Both the position numbers and the translations under genes were made by a program. A stretch of 64,000 nucleotides of DNA from Candidatus Multivoradales bacterium. GTDB taxonomy: Bacteria > Acidobacteriota > Thermoanaerobaculia > Multivoradales > Multivoraceae. The DNA lies in the NCBI GenBank assembly GCA_965223325.1, contig CBDCWI010000002.1, forward strand, positions 2,112,001 through 2,176,000. Direction: 5' to 3'. Shown here piece after piece: positions 9,180 to 18,894 of this stretch. The notes under the pieces are model-generated. The model did not search any database, had not been told where the DNA came from, and saw only the letters and a list, made by a program, of their open reading frames with translations. How positions within the stretch are numbered: position 1 is the stretch's first letter; the number at the start of each line of letters is the position of its first letter.

Positions 9180-11870
9180 ATGAGTCCTCGCCGCACGTCG
9201 ACCCGCTCCCCACTCTGGCGCCGCAAGGTCGAGGACGAGGTGAGCGACGAGCTCGAGTTCCACTTCGAGATGCGCGTCCGCGAGTATCTCGCGCAGGGTC
9301 TCGGCGAGACGGTCGCGAGAGCGAGAGCCCACGACAAGATGGGTGATCTCGCCGACCTCGAAGATCGCTGCCGCAGGCTCGCCCGGCGGCGTGACCGTCA
9401 CCTCGACTTTCGAGATCTCGTGCGCGACCTTCTCCAGGACATCCGAGCGGCGATGCGCCAAATCCGTCGGGAGCCTGGCTTCGCACTCTCCGGCGCTGTG
9501 GTACTTGCTCTCGGCATCGGAGCGGTGACCACCGTCTTCGGCATCGTGCAACCGGTCCTTCTGGATACCCTGCCCCTCGAGCGCGCAGAGCGCCTACTGA
9601 GCTTGGGAGTCGAAGCCTTCGGCGGCGACGGCTCCCATCCCGGTGCTCCCAGTGCCGAGCGCCAGGAGACGGTCGCGCCCGTCGAAGTCGCCGGTTGGCA
9701 ACAACACGGCGATACACTCGAACGGCTCGGCGCTTGGGTCCCCGGAGGCTTCACAGTGGAAGTCGACCGGCTCCCGACCCGGGTCGATGGAGTCTGGATA
9801 GGAGAAGGCCTGCTCGAGCTTCTCCGCCTCTCGCCGACCCTCGGGCGGGGCTTCGGTGCGCGAGAGCACCGGAGCTCGGTGAACGTCGTCTTGATCTCCG
9901 AGCGTCTCTGGCGCGACGCCTACGCGGCTCAGCCCTCGGTCCTGGGGAGCACCCTGCGCCTCGAAGGAGAGCCTTACGAAATCGTGGGGGTACTTCCCGG
10001 CGCGGTCCAGCATCTGTGGCCGACCCTGGATGTCGCCATCCCACTCGTGCTCACCGAAGAGATTCTTCAGCAGCGAGCTTCGTACCTGCACTGCATTGCT
10101 CGGCTTCGAGATGGCGTCGACCTCGAAACGGCGCGAGCGGCACTCAGCCTCGCCCAGGAACGCACCAATCGGGCTCGCCCAGAGGACGAGCGACGTGCGA
10201 TCTCTATCCTGCCGCTCGAGCGCAGCCTCGTCACCTCGACGCGGCCGAGACTCTGGTTGCTCTTCGGCTCTGTGATCACGGTGCTGCTGGTCGCCTGCAC
10301 CAACGTGGCCAACCTGCTCCTGGCCCGTGCCCTCGGCCGAGACCGCGAGCTCGGAGTGCGAGCCGCCCTCGGCGCCGGCCGAGGACGGATCCTGCGGCAG
10401 CTGCTCACCGAGGGCCTCGTGCTCACGACCATCGCGGCCACCGCCGGCGTAGCGGCGGCAAACTTCGTGCTTCGTACCGTCGCCGACGGCGCAGCCTCCT
10501 GGTCTTCGGTTCCTGGCATTGAACGCGCCACCCTCTCACCGACTGTGCTCGTCTTCGCGGCGGCAGTGATCGTAGTCTCCACACTCCTCTCGGGCCTCGT
10601 ACCAGCGCTACGCGCCGCGAAGCACGCCACGACCCGCCTCCGCACACGAGCGAGCTCTGCCACACAGGGACGACTGCACGAAGCTCTCGTTGCCATTCAG
10701 GTGGCCGCTGCGCTGATGCTGTTGTCGGCCTCTGGTCTGCTCGTTCGCAGCGCCATCAGCGAAGGTCGCACCGAGCTCGGCTTTCGCCCCGAGGGTCTGC
10801 TCACCGCTCAGCTTTCGCTACCGGTGGCGGACTATCCCGAAAAGGACGACGTCGTGCGCGCGGCTCTCGACATGCAGGAGCGAGCCCTGCGAATTCCGGG
10901 CGTCTTGCACGCTGCCGTGGGCAGCAGGGTTGCCCTGGCCGGGCCACAGCTCGGGGTCGTCTACCTTCGACCCGACCAGCCCGAGCGAACACTGAATGCC
11001 GAGCTCCGTTTGATCTCACCCGACTACTTCTCGACCTTGGCAACGCCGATCCTCGAAGGACGTGAGTTCCGCAGGGTCGATCACCAGGGAGCCCCACCGG
11101 TGGTCGTGGTCAATTGGAGCTTCGCTAAGGCACTGTGGCCGGAGGGTGGAGCCATCGGGAGGCACCTGACCACCGCCCATGGCGCTCTCGTGGGGGGCCA
11201 GGGCGAGCCGCTCGTCCTCGAAGTCGTCGGCATCGTCGCCGATGCTCGCGACGACGGCCTCCGCCAGGAGCCGAGAGCCACGGCCTATATCTCGCTGGCG
11301 CAAACTCCGGCCGGACCCCTGCAGTGGACCGGCAACACCATGATGTGGCTGCTACGGACTCAGCAGGAGCCGACGGAGCTGGTCGAGCCGCTCCGTCGCA
11401 CTCTGGCGCAGGCGGCTCCTGGAGTCCCCGCCTTCAACGTCGCCACGATGGAGAGACGCGTGCGCGGCGCGCTCGCGCTGGGTCGCGTCAACGCTCTGCT
11501 CTTCTCCGGACTCGGCCTGACAGCCCTGTTCGTCGCCCTCGGTGGTATCTACGGTCTCACGGCATTCGTGGTGTCGCGGCGAGAATTCGAGATCGGCGTG
11601 CGGCTCGCATTGGGCGCCACGAAGAAACGCATCTTGCGCGACATCGTCGGCCGCGCCCTGCTGCCGGTGCTGGCCGGAGTCGCGATCGGGTGTCTGGCTG
11701 CCATGCCTCTCGGGCGGCTCCTCGAATCTCAACTGGTCGGCGCAGGCGTCGATGCGTTCACCGTCGCGGGCGTGATCGCCCTGGTCGTCCTGACCGCATT
11801 CGGCGCAAGTCTGGCGCCGGCACGGCGTACGGCCAAGATCGACCCGGCTCGTATCCTGGGTGCCGACTGA
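9180..11870 (+). CDS. ADOP-type duplicated ABC permease
   Basis: 896 aa; EVSDELEFHFEMR prefix; LLVACTNVANLLLAR; EIGVRLALGA. Confidence 0.95.
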   Translation: MSPRRTSTRSPLWRRKVEDEVSDELEFHFEMRVREYLAQGLGETVARARAHDKMGDLADLEDRCRRLARRRDRHLDFRDLVRDLLQDIRAAMRQIRREPGFALSGAVVLALGIGAVTTVFGIVQPVLLDTLPLERAERLLSLGVEAFGGDGSHPGAPSAERQETVAPVEVAGWQQHGDTLERLGAWVPGGFTVEVDRLPTRVDGVWIGEGLLELLRLSPTLGRGFGAREHRSSVNVVLISERLWRDAYAAQPSVLGSTLRLEGEPYEIVGVLPGAVQHLWPTLDVAIPLVLTEEILQQRASYLHCIARLRDGVDLETARAALSLAQERTNRARPEDERRAISILPLERSLVTSTRPRLWLLFGSVITVLLVACTNVANLLLARALGRDRELGVRAALGAGRGRILRQLLTEGLVLTTIAATAGVAAANFVLRTVADGAASWSSVPGIERATLSPTVLVFAAAVIVVSTLLSGLVPALRAAKHATTRLRTRASSATQGRLHEALVAIQVAAALMLLSASGLLVRSAISEGRTELGFRPEGLLTAQLSLPVADYPEKDDVVRAALDMQERALRIPGVLHAAVGSRVALAGPQLGVVYLRPDQPERTLNAELRLISPDYFSTLATPILEGREFRRVDHQGAPPVVVVNWSFAKALWPEGGAIGRHLTTAHGALVGGQGEPLVLEVVGIVADARDDGLRQEPRATAYISLAQTPAGPLQWTGNTMMWLLRTQQEPTELVEPLRRTLAQAAPGVPAFNVATMERRVRGALALGRVNALLFSGLGLTALFVALGGIYGLTAFVVSRREFEIGVRLALGATKKRILRDIVGRALLPVLAGVAIGCLAAMPLGRLLESQLVGAGVDAFTVAGVIALVVLTAFGASLAPARRTAKIDPARILGAD

Positions 11871-11939
11871 CACTCGAGCCGTCACGGTAGTACTTCAGTA
11901 CTTCGTTGGAGGAGTACTGCGTAGAGGTCGAGCCACGGA

Positions 11940-12623
11940 CTACGAGCTCAACTGCGCCTCGAGCGTCGCTCGAAAAGTCGTCGCGGCGTCCGCCTCGAGC
12001 ACGTCACCGTGGGCCATCACGACCCGCTCGATCGGGAGCTCGAAGAGGCGACGACACGAGGCACTGAAGGCGGCCTTGTCTTTGATCATCGACTTGAAGA
12101 GACGGCTGACGGCGAATCGGCCGTAGGTCCCGAAGACCCGGAAGAACAGACGAGTCGCCAGGTTGTGGCCGTGCGGCTTGTGGAAGACCAGGTCGGTCGC
12201 GATCAAGGTGCCACTGGCCCGGTGGAAGAGCACGTGCTCGCGGAACTTGGGCATGCCCTCGATGGCGAAGACCTCGATGCCCGGCCACAGCTCCCCCGGC
12301 TCGAGCTCGCGATCGGGCTCGAAGCCCGTCTTCTCTTTCAGTCCAGCAGGACCCCACACCTGGGCTTCGGTCCAGCGCTCCTTCGCTTTGCCTAGGAAGA
12401 AGTGGTGAAAGAGGTTCGGTGCCACCAGGTGGCGCACCGCACCCAGGGCATCGATCGAAGCCGCGGTGGCGTCGTCGAGGTCCGTCGGCGACACCAGGAG
12501 CAGGCCGCCGTCGTCCGGCAACCGGATGCCCGTCATCCGGGTATCCACGCGGAAACCTGGCCCGGGCGACACGTCGCCTGTGACACTGAAGAGATCGGTG
12601 CCGATCGGGATGAGCTCCGTCAT
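11940..12623 (-). CDS. DUF4336-family protein (metallo-beta-lactamase-like fold)
   Basis: TRMTGIRL, LVAPNLFHHFFL, FHRASGTLIATDL, VVMAHG; ATG at 12623 preceded by AAAGGAG. Confidence 0.85.
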   Translation of the reverse strand: MTELIPIGTDLFSVTGDVSPGPGFRVDTRMTGIRLPDDGGLLLVSPTDLDDATAASIDALGAVRHLVAPNLFHHFFLGKAKERWTEAQVWGPAGLKEKTGFEPDRELEPGELWPGIEVFAIEGMPKFREHVLFHRASGTLIATDLVFHKPHGHNLATRLFFRVFGTYGRFAVSRLFKSMIKDKAAFSASCRRLFELPIERVVMAHGDVLEADAATTFRATLEAQLSS

Positions 12624-12776
12624 TACAGCTCCTTTCAGACGCGGCTCGAGGCCAACTGGCGGAGTTTCTCGGTTTCGAAGTGAGCGAAGCCTACTGCGAC
12701 CTCGGTTCATCTGTCGTTGTAGAAGACTCGCCACTACTGTGCTCGAGCGATTCATCAAGGAAGGGCTGGAAGAACC

Positions 12777-13274
12777 ATGATTCACCGTCACCTGGAGCTC
12801 CAGCCCGGAATCTCGATTCAGGAGATGCCCCTGGCGGCAATACAAGATCTCCTCGAACGAGGAGACCTGGACAGCTGGCGCATCCTCCTCGAACACATCT
12901 ACGAGAACCCCAACAGTGAGCTCGTGCAAAGGGTCGCCCGACTGGTTGATGTCTATCCGATGTACGGAACGTCTCCCCTGATCCGCGCTTTGATCGGGCT
13001 CTGTCGATTCCGAGGCGGCCGCCAGGTCGATCGAAAGCGGGGTTCGCTCGCAGAGTTGAGGCGGTCGCTCGGAAAGACACAGGTCCAGGTTGCCGAAGCG
13101 ATGGGCGTGTCGCAGTCGGACTACTCGAAACTTGAACGACGAAGGGACGTGAGGATCTCGACATTGCAGGCGGCTGCCTCCGCGATGAACGGGCGGCTCA
13201 AACTCCTCGTCGAGATGCCAGAGGGTAAATTCGAGGTCGTCCTGAACTCCGACAAGAAGGGCGGCACGAGGTAG
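12777..13274 (+). CDS. XRE/HTH-domain protein, antitoxin-like
   Basis: C-terminal LAELRRSLGKTQVQVAEAMGVSQSDYSKLERRRD; start overlaps (ATGA) the end of a truncated upstream frame. Confidence 0.8.
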   Translation: MIHRHLELQPGISIQEMPLAAIQDLLERGDLDSWRILLEHIYENPNSELVQRVARLVDVYPMYGTSPLIRALIGLCRFRGGRQVDRKRGSLAELRRSLGKTQVQVAEAMGVSQSDYSKLERRRDVRISTLQAAASAMNGRLKLLVEMPEGKFEVVLNSDKKGGTR

Positions 13275-13283
13275 AGGCCTTCT

Positions 13284-14317
13284 TGACAAGGTGCAGGGGG
13301 ACGAGAAGGGGAGACAAGAAGGGGCCACACATTTGAGGCTGTTTCGTCAAGGCACGTACTTTCCCCATCGCGGCCTCGGTCTCCGGCCGTTCGTCTTGGC
13401 CTTCTTTCGCTCGTAGTAGCGGCGGGCGGGAGACGGATGTCGCCGGAAGGAGCTGGATCGGAAGGGCTATGACGCCTGGCGACCTGGGCACCTTCGAGGT
13501 GGCCACGTGCCGATGGGGGCGGCTGGTTTCGACTCGCTGCTGGTGGAGCCATCGCAAGGTGATGGGCCTCGTTTGCGTCCTCTTCAGGGTAGAGGAGGTT
13601 CTCTACCCTGGCATCGCCATGCCCTGGCGTCTATCGGCCGCGCAGACCGAAGGCGTCCCCGCTCTACGCGCTGATCGAGAAGGTCTACGACGCGGTCAAG
13701 GCCTCGTGGGAGGTGCGTTTCGAGAGGTCGTATGGCCGCTGGCGCGGGTGTCTCGATGATCCTGTGTACGCCTTTCTCGACTGCGGCATCCTCGAGCGGG
13801 GCTTCGCGAGAGTGGTCTGCGACGCCTGCAAGAACGAGTACCTGGTCGCCTTCTCCTGTTCCCGCCGCGGCATCTGCCCTTGCTGCGACGCCAAACGCGG
13901 TGCCATCCTGGGAGTCTTCCTGCGCGAGGAGGTGGTGGAGGACGTCGGCCACTGCCTTTGGACGTTCACGTTGCCGAAGCTCCTGCGCCCCTACTTCCTG
14001 CATCGGCGCTCTTTGCTCGGCGAGTTGCAGCGCGCCGCCTACGAGACGGTGGCGGAGCTGATCGCAGGAGCGGCGCCAGGGACCAGGCCGGGCATGGTGG
14101 CAGCCGTCCACACCGCCGCCTCGGATCTGCGCTGGCATCCGCATGTCCACGCCATCACCACCCGCGGCGGTTTCGACCGGGACGGCGCATGGCATCCGGT
14201 GCCCTACGTCGACGAGCATTCAGCCGAGCGTGCTGTTTCGCCAGAAAGTGATCGGCCTGCTCCACGACGAGGGGCTGCTCTCCCAGGACAGGCTCGAGGT
14301 GCTCGACGCCTGGAAGT
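13284..14317 (+). mobile_element. IS91-family element, copy 2, frameshifted and 3'-truncated
   Basis: Same leader and Zn domain as copy 1 plus the HUH motif WHPHVHAI; frameshift near 14231; similarity appears to end near 14317. Confidence 0.9.
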
Positions 14318-14759
14318 CAGCCGCTGAACATAGCAACGGAATCGCACCGGCTCTAGCGGAGACGTGTTGAGTTGAGCGACATCACGCCAGCCGACCGCGT
14401 GGCTGGCAAGCAGGCCCCAACGAAAGCGCCTCGACAACACCGCTTGGCAGTGAGTCAGGTCAACACCGAAACCGTTCTGGCCGGCACGACTCCTGCTCTC
14501 GACCATGCTCTGGATCGCAGTGCTGAAGGTTCCAAGTGGCCCGTCTTCCTAGAGAAACGCACAGCGAGAATGGCACGCACCTCGGACCGCCTGCGACCGT
14601 CGACGAACCTCGGGTAGCGATCCCGTTGGGAGTATCGGAGAAGCTCTCCACGACAGCGTTCTCCTGGCGATCGGCGTCTCGGCTCGAGCTTCCACCACTT
14701 GCGTTCCATGGTCCTCGAGCTGCCCCCGGTGGGCATTGCCCAAGTATTCCGAACCCGAG

Positions 14760-17700
14760 CTACCAGGAGTCGATAAGCGGCCGCTTCTTGCCCGTTCTCC
14801 GAATGGGGCGAGGCGTAGCAGCGAGTGCGCGCAAGAGCCACTGGCGACTCTCTGCGGGATCGATCACGGCATCGATTTCGAGGAAGCTCGCCGCGTTCAC
14901 AGCTTCGCCGCGTTCGTACATCTCCGCTACAAGTGACTCGAACCGCTCGCGTCTCGAGTCGGCGTCCGCGATCGACTCGAGCTCGCGCCGGAAGGTGAGC
15001 CGTACCGCCCCTTCGAGACCCATCGAGCCGAACTCGCCACTCGGCCACGCTGCCGTCAGCAAGGGACGAGAGAAGCCGCCAACCGCCATGGCCATAGCGC
15101 CCAGGCCATAGCTCTTGCGCAAGACCAGAGTCATCACGGGAACCGTCATGCTCGCTGCTGCCAGGAAAATCCGCGAGACGTGTCGAAGGGTGGCTCGTCT
15201 CTCGGACTCGGGTCCGACCATGAAGCCTGGTGTATCGCAGAGCGAGACCACGGGAAGATCGTGCGCATCACAGAGCTGTAGGAAGCGCGCGATCTTGTCG
15301 GCGGCCGCCCCATCGATGGCACCACCCAGGTGCTGTGGATTGTTGGCGAACAGACCAAGTGCTCGACCCTCGATTCGTACTAGGGCGGTCACCACGTTGG
15401 GAGCGAACTTCGCGCGCAGTTCGAGTACCGACCCATGGTCAGCCAGGGCCTCGATCGGTTGGTGCACGTCATAGGCACGAAGACGGTTCAGAGGGATGGC
15501 GTGACGCAGCAGTCTCTTATCGGGCGACTCCCAGGTTTCGACGTCGCCCTGGAAGTACGTCAGGTAGCGTTTGGTGGCGAGCACTGCCTCGGCCTCATCT
15601 TCGACCAGGAGATCGACGGCACCGCTGGCGGCCAGGTCACTCGCCGGCCCGATTTCCTCCGCGGTGAATCTCCCCAGGCCCGAAGCTTCGATCATCGCTG
15701 GCCCGGCCAAGCCGAGGCTGGCCTTGCGAGTCGCAACGACGACATCACAAAGACCACACAAAGCGGCATTCCCTGCAAAGCAGTAACTGCCAACAATCGC
15801 GACGGTAGGGACCAGCCCCGAGAGCTCTGCCATCGCTGCGAAGGTGTGTAGATCGAGCGCTGCCACCGCCGGATAGTCGGTGTCGTGAGGCCGGCCGCCT
15901 CCTCCTTCTCCGAAAAGAACCAATGGCAGCTGCCATCTGTGGGCCAGGGCGAGAAGGCGATCGGTCTTCTTGTGGTTCATGAAGCCCTGAGTGCCCGCCA
16001 TCACGGTCGCGTCGTAGGCCATGACGGCACAACGGGAATCTTCTTTGCCGAAAAGCTCTGCATTGATCGTTCCGGTGCCGGTGATCAAACCGTCAGCCGG
16101 GCTTATCTGGATCAGCTTCTCAACGGAGTGGCGACGCCGCTGGGCGGCTAGCGCCAGGGCCCCGTACTCGTTGAAGCTACCGTCGTCGAGAAGGTCGGTC
16201 ACGTTTTCGCGAGCGGTTCGCAGCCCGGCTTGGTGGCGGCGCCTCACAGCATCTTCGCGGTTCTGGTCGAGTAGATGTGCATGGCGCGAGCGCACCTCGG
16301 CGAGATCAGGACGTATGGAATCGAGATCGATGTCCGTCCTCGCAGCGCTGCTCGCATGGTTCGACTCGTCGATCTCGACAACCGCGAGCAGCTCTCCCTC
16401 GTCGATCAACTCACCAATGGCTCTGACTGGGACCTCGCGCACGATTCCTGCGCACGGAGAGACGACCTCGAACTCCATCTTGAGCGCTTCGAGACGTGCG
16501 ACCGACTGCCCGACGTGGACGGAATCGCCGACATCAACGAGCAGAGCGGAGAGTGCGCCAGCCGACGAAGAAAAGATTCCAGCGTGGCCAGCTGGTATCT
16601 CAATGGTCTCACGGACACTCAGTGCGCTGTTGACATCTCCAAAGAAGAGGTCGCCATGATCGCGCTCGGCGAGCAGGTCTTCGAGTGTCTCCTCGACGAA
16701 GCCCGTCGTCAGGTGATTGGAGACCACCTCTTCACGGGCCAACAAGTTGAGAAGCAGGCCACGGTTGCTCACGACTCCGTCGAGGCGAAGTTCACGAAGG
16801 GCAAGACGGAGTCTCTCGAGCGCGGTTTCGTAGGCATGCCCAACGGCGATCAGCTTACAGGCCATCGGATCGTAGTTCGGGTTGACTCGGTAGCCGGCGT
16901 AGAGGCAGTCGTCCACCCGCACCCCAGGTCCGCTGGGGATCTCGTACTCGGCAACCGTTCCCGATGCGGGCTTGGTGTTGCCATCTGCCGTCACAGATTC
17001 GAGGTAGACGCGAGCCTGAATTGCCGAGCCTCTTGGTGGCGGTGACTCTGCAACTCCCAACTCGCGCAGAGACCGGCCGCTGGCGATTTGAAGCTGTAGG
17101 GCAACCAGATCGAGACCGGTGATTTCTTCCGTAACCGTGTGCTCGACCTGGATGCGTGGATTCACTTCGAGGAAGTAGAAGCGCGCCGGGTCTATGGCAT
17201 CAACAAGGAACTCGAAGGTGCCCAGGCCTTGATAGCCGATGTTCTTTGCCATACGCACCGAAGCCTCGAGAATCGCGCTACGTTGGGACTCCGAAAGTGT
17301 CGGGCTCGGGGCTGTCTCGATCAGTTTCTGGTTGCGGCGCTGCAGAGTGCACTCTCGCTCCCATAGATGCACCACACCCCCGTCGTGATCCGCGAGGATT
17401 TGCACCTCGATGTGGCGGGCGTCGGTCACGAGCTGCTCGACATAGAGATCGCCCAGCCCGAAGGCGATCTCTGCCTCCTTCCGGCAGACGTCGTAGGCAT
17501 TGGCGAGCTCTGCTCGTGTATTCACTGCCCGCATGCCGCGGCCACCCCCGCCCGCAAGAGCCTTGATCATGACGGCCCCGCCGGGACCGAGTTGGTCGAA
17601 GAACTCCTCGATCTCACTGAGAGAACAGCTCGAGCTGATCCCCGGAACCACCGGGACATCGCTCTGGGCGGCCATCTGCCGTGCCTCTGCTTTGTCTCCG

Positions 17701-18041
17701 AGACGCTCGATCAGTGGCGCCTCGGGACCGATGAAGCAGAGTCCCGCTGCTTCGCAGCGTGCTGCAAAGCTTGCGTTCTCAGACAAGAACCCGTAGCCCG
17801 GGTGCACTCCATCGCAATCTTGCTCCCGCGCGATTCGGATCAGCTGCTCCTGGTCCAGGTACGCACCGACTCCCCTTCCGACCAGCGGCACTGCCCGGCC
17901 GCCGCGCTTTCTGTGCAGCGATGATTCGTCGTCCTCGGCGTAAACTGCGACAGTTTCGATCGCCAGAGAGGGTGCCGTGCGGGCGATCCGAATCGCAATC
18001 TCGCCGCGGTTGGCAATGAGAAGACGGCGCAAGTCAGCCAT
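14760..18041 (-). CDS. Single-chain biotin-dependent acyl-CoA carboxylase (BC-BCCP-CT)
   Basis: LLIANRGEIA, HPGYGFLSEN, GGGGRGMR, RIQVEH, biotin-site variant EALKM, CT motifs GGGGRP and DTPGFMVG. Confidence 0.93.
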   Translation of the reverse strand: MADLRRLLIANRGEIAIRIARTAPSLAIETVAVYAEDDESSLHRKRGGRAVPLVGRGVGAYLDQEQLIRIAREQDCDGVHPGYGFLSENASFAARCEAAGLCFIGPEAPLIERLGDKAEARQMAAQSDVPVVPGISSSCSLSEIEEFFDQLGPGGAVMIKALAGGGGRGMRAVNTRAELANAYDVCRKEAEIAFGLGDLYVEQLVTDARHIEVQILADHDGGVVHLWERECTLQRRNQKLIETAPSPTLSESQRSAILEASVRMAKNIGYQGLGTFEFLVDAIDPARFYFLEVNPRIQVEHTVTEEITGLDLVALQLQIASGRSLRELGVAESPPPRGSAIQARVYLESVTADGNTKPASGTVAEYEIPSGPGVRVDDCLYAGYRVNPNYDPMACKLIAVGHAYETALERLRLALRELRLDGVVSNRGLLLNLLAREEVVSNHLTTGFVEETLEDLLAERDHGDLFFGDVNSALSVRETIEIPAGHAGIFSSSAGALSALLVDVGDSVHVGQSVARLEALKMEFEVVSPCAGIVREVPVRAIGELIDEGELLAVVEIDESNHASSAARTDIDLDSIRPDLAEVRSRHAHLLDQNREDAVRRRHQAGLRTARENVTDLLDDGSFNEYGALALAAQRRRHSVEKLIQISPADGLITGTGTINAELFGKEDSRCAVMAYDATVMAGTQGFMNHKKTDRLLALAHRWQLPLVLFGEGGGGRPHDTDYPAVAALDLHTFAAMAELSGLVPTVAIVGSYCFAGNAALCGLCDVVVATRKASLGLAGPAMIEASGLGRFTAEEIGPASDLAASGAVDLLVEDEAEAVLATKRYLTYFQGDVETWESPDKRLLRHAIPLNRLRAYDVHQPIEALADHGSVLELRAKFAPNVVTALVRIEGRALGLFANNPQHLGGAIDGAAADKIARFLQLCDAHDLPVVSLCDTPGFMVGPESERRATLRHVSRIFLAAASMTVPVMTLVLRKSYGLGAMAMAVGGFSRPLLTAAWPSGEFGSMGLEGAVRLTFRRELESIADADSRRERFESLVAEMYERGEAVNAASFLEIDAVIDPAESRQWLLRALAATPRPIRRTGKKRPLIDSW

Positions 18042-18190
18042 TCCTGTAGTCCTCGAGAGCGGGGGCCGGTGTCGTTGCATGCCTCGGATCCGAAGACCTC
18101 GTTCGTCGGTTCATCTGCTAGTCTCTTCGTGAAGGTAGGAAGGCGATGGCGTTCTCCTGTCAGCTAGCCTGATGTCGGGCAGCACTTCCG

Positions 18191-18859
18191 ATGCAAAACA
18201 TGGGCCTGAGAGAGCGCAAGAAGAGGGAGACGCGGCAGCGGTTGCTCGATGCAGCCGAATCCATGTTTTCACAACGGTACTTCGATGACGTGACGATCGA
18301 GAGCATCGTTGAGCAGGCCAACGTCAGCCAGAAAACGTTCTTCAACTACTTCTCGAGCAAGTCGCAGCTGCTGAAAGAACTGCTTCTCGATTGGATGAAG
18401 TCCACCCAGCAGTGGCCAGCGAGCGTGGAGCCCGGGCTGACGGCGTATTCGGCGATTACACCCTCGAACATCGACGAGATCCTGGACTGGGTCGTCGAGC
18501 ATCGCCGGATCCTCAAGATGGCGGTCAAGCACACAGATTTCTTTGACTACATCTATGTGCTCGATCGCGACGCTGGAGATGACGAGTACCATCTCTTCTC
18601 GAGAATTCGCAGGCCGCGCCTGCTCCGGGTGGAGCGGGCTCAGGAGCGCGGCTTGCTGCGAGCCGACATTTCGGCACGCGGCGTCTGCAATCTCTACGAC
18701 TCCCTGCGCATGGAAGTCGTTCGACGCTGGTTGTACCAGCCCGATGAACTAGCAACTCGCGAGGCCCTGGATGACCGCTACTACGAGGCCGTCGAGGTCC
18801 TGATCTCGGGCCTCGCACTCGAGAGGGCTGCGATTCCAGAAACCGCCGCGACCAGATGA
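18191..18859 (+). CDS. TetR/AcrR-family regulator
   Basis: GLRERKKRETRQRLLDAA...ANVSQKTFFNYFSSK; real start may be 18200. Confidence 0.93.
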   Translation: MQNMGLRERKKRETRQRLLDAAESMFSQRYFDDVTIESIVEQANVSQKTFFNYFSSKSQLLKELLLDWMKSTQQWPASVEPGLTAYSAITPSNIDEILDWVVEHRRILKMAVKHTDFFDYIYVLDRDAGDDEYHLFSRIRRPRLLRVERAQERGLLRADISARGVCNLYDSLRMEVVRRWLYQPDELATREALDDRYYEAVEVLISGLALERAAIPETAATR

Positions 18860-18894
18860 CGGCCAACCGATGGGTCACCTGACGCAGCGAGCTC

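Noticed and set aside
12624-13328. N-terminal extension of the 462-aa minus-strand ORF
   Set aside because: It is antisense to the HTH gene; the DUF4336 protein has its own SD and ATG at 12623
14320-14750. Genes or ncRNA between IS copy 2 and the carboxylase
   Set aside because: No frame or structure I can support
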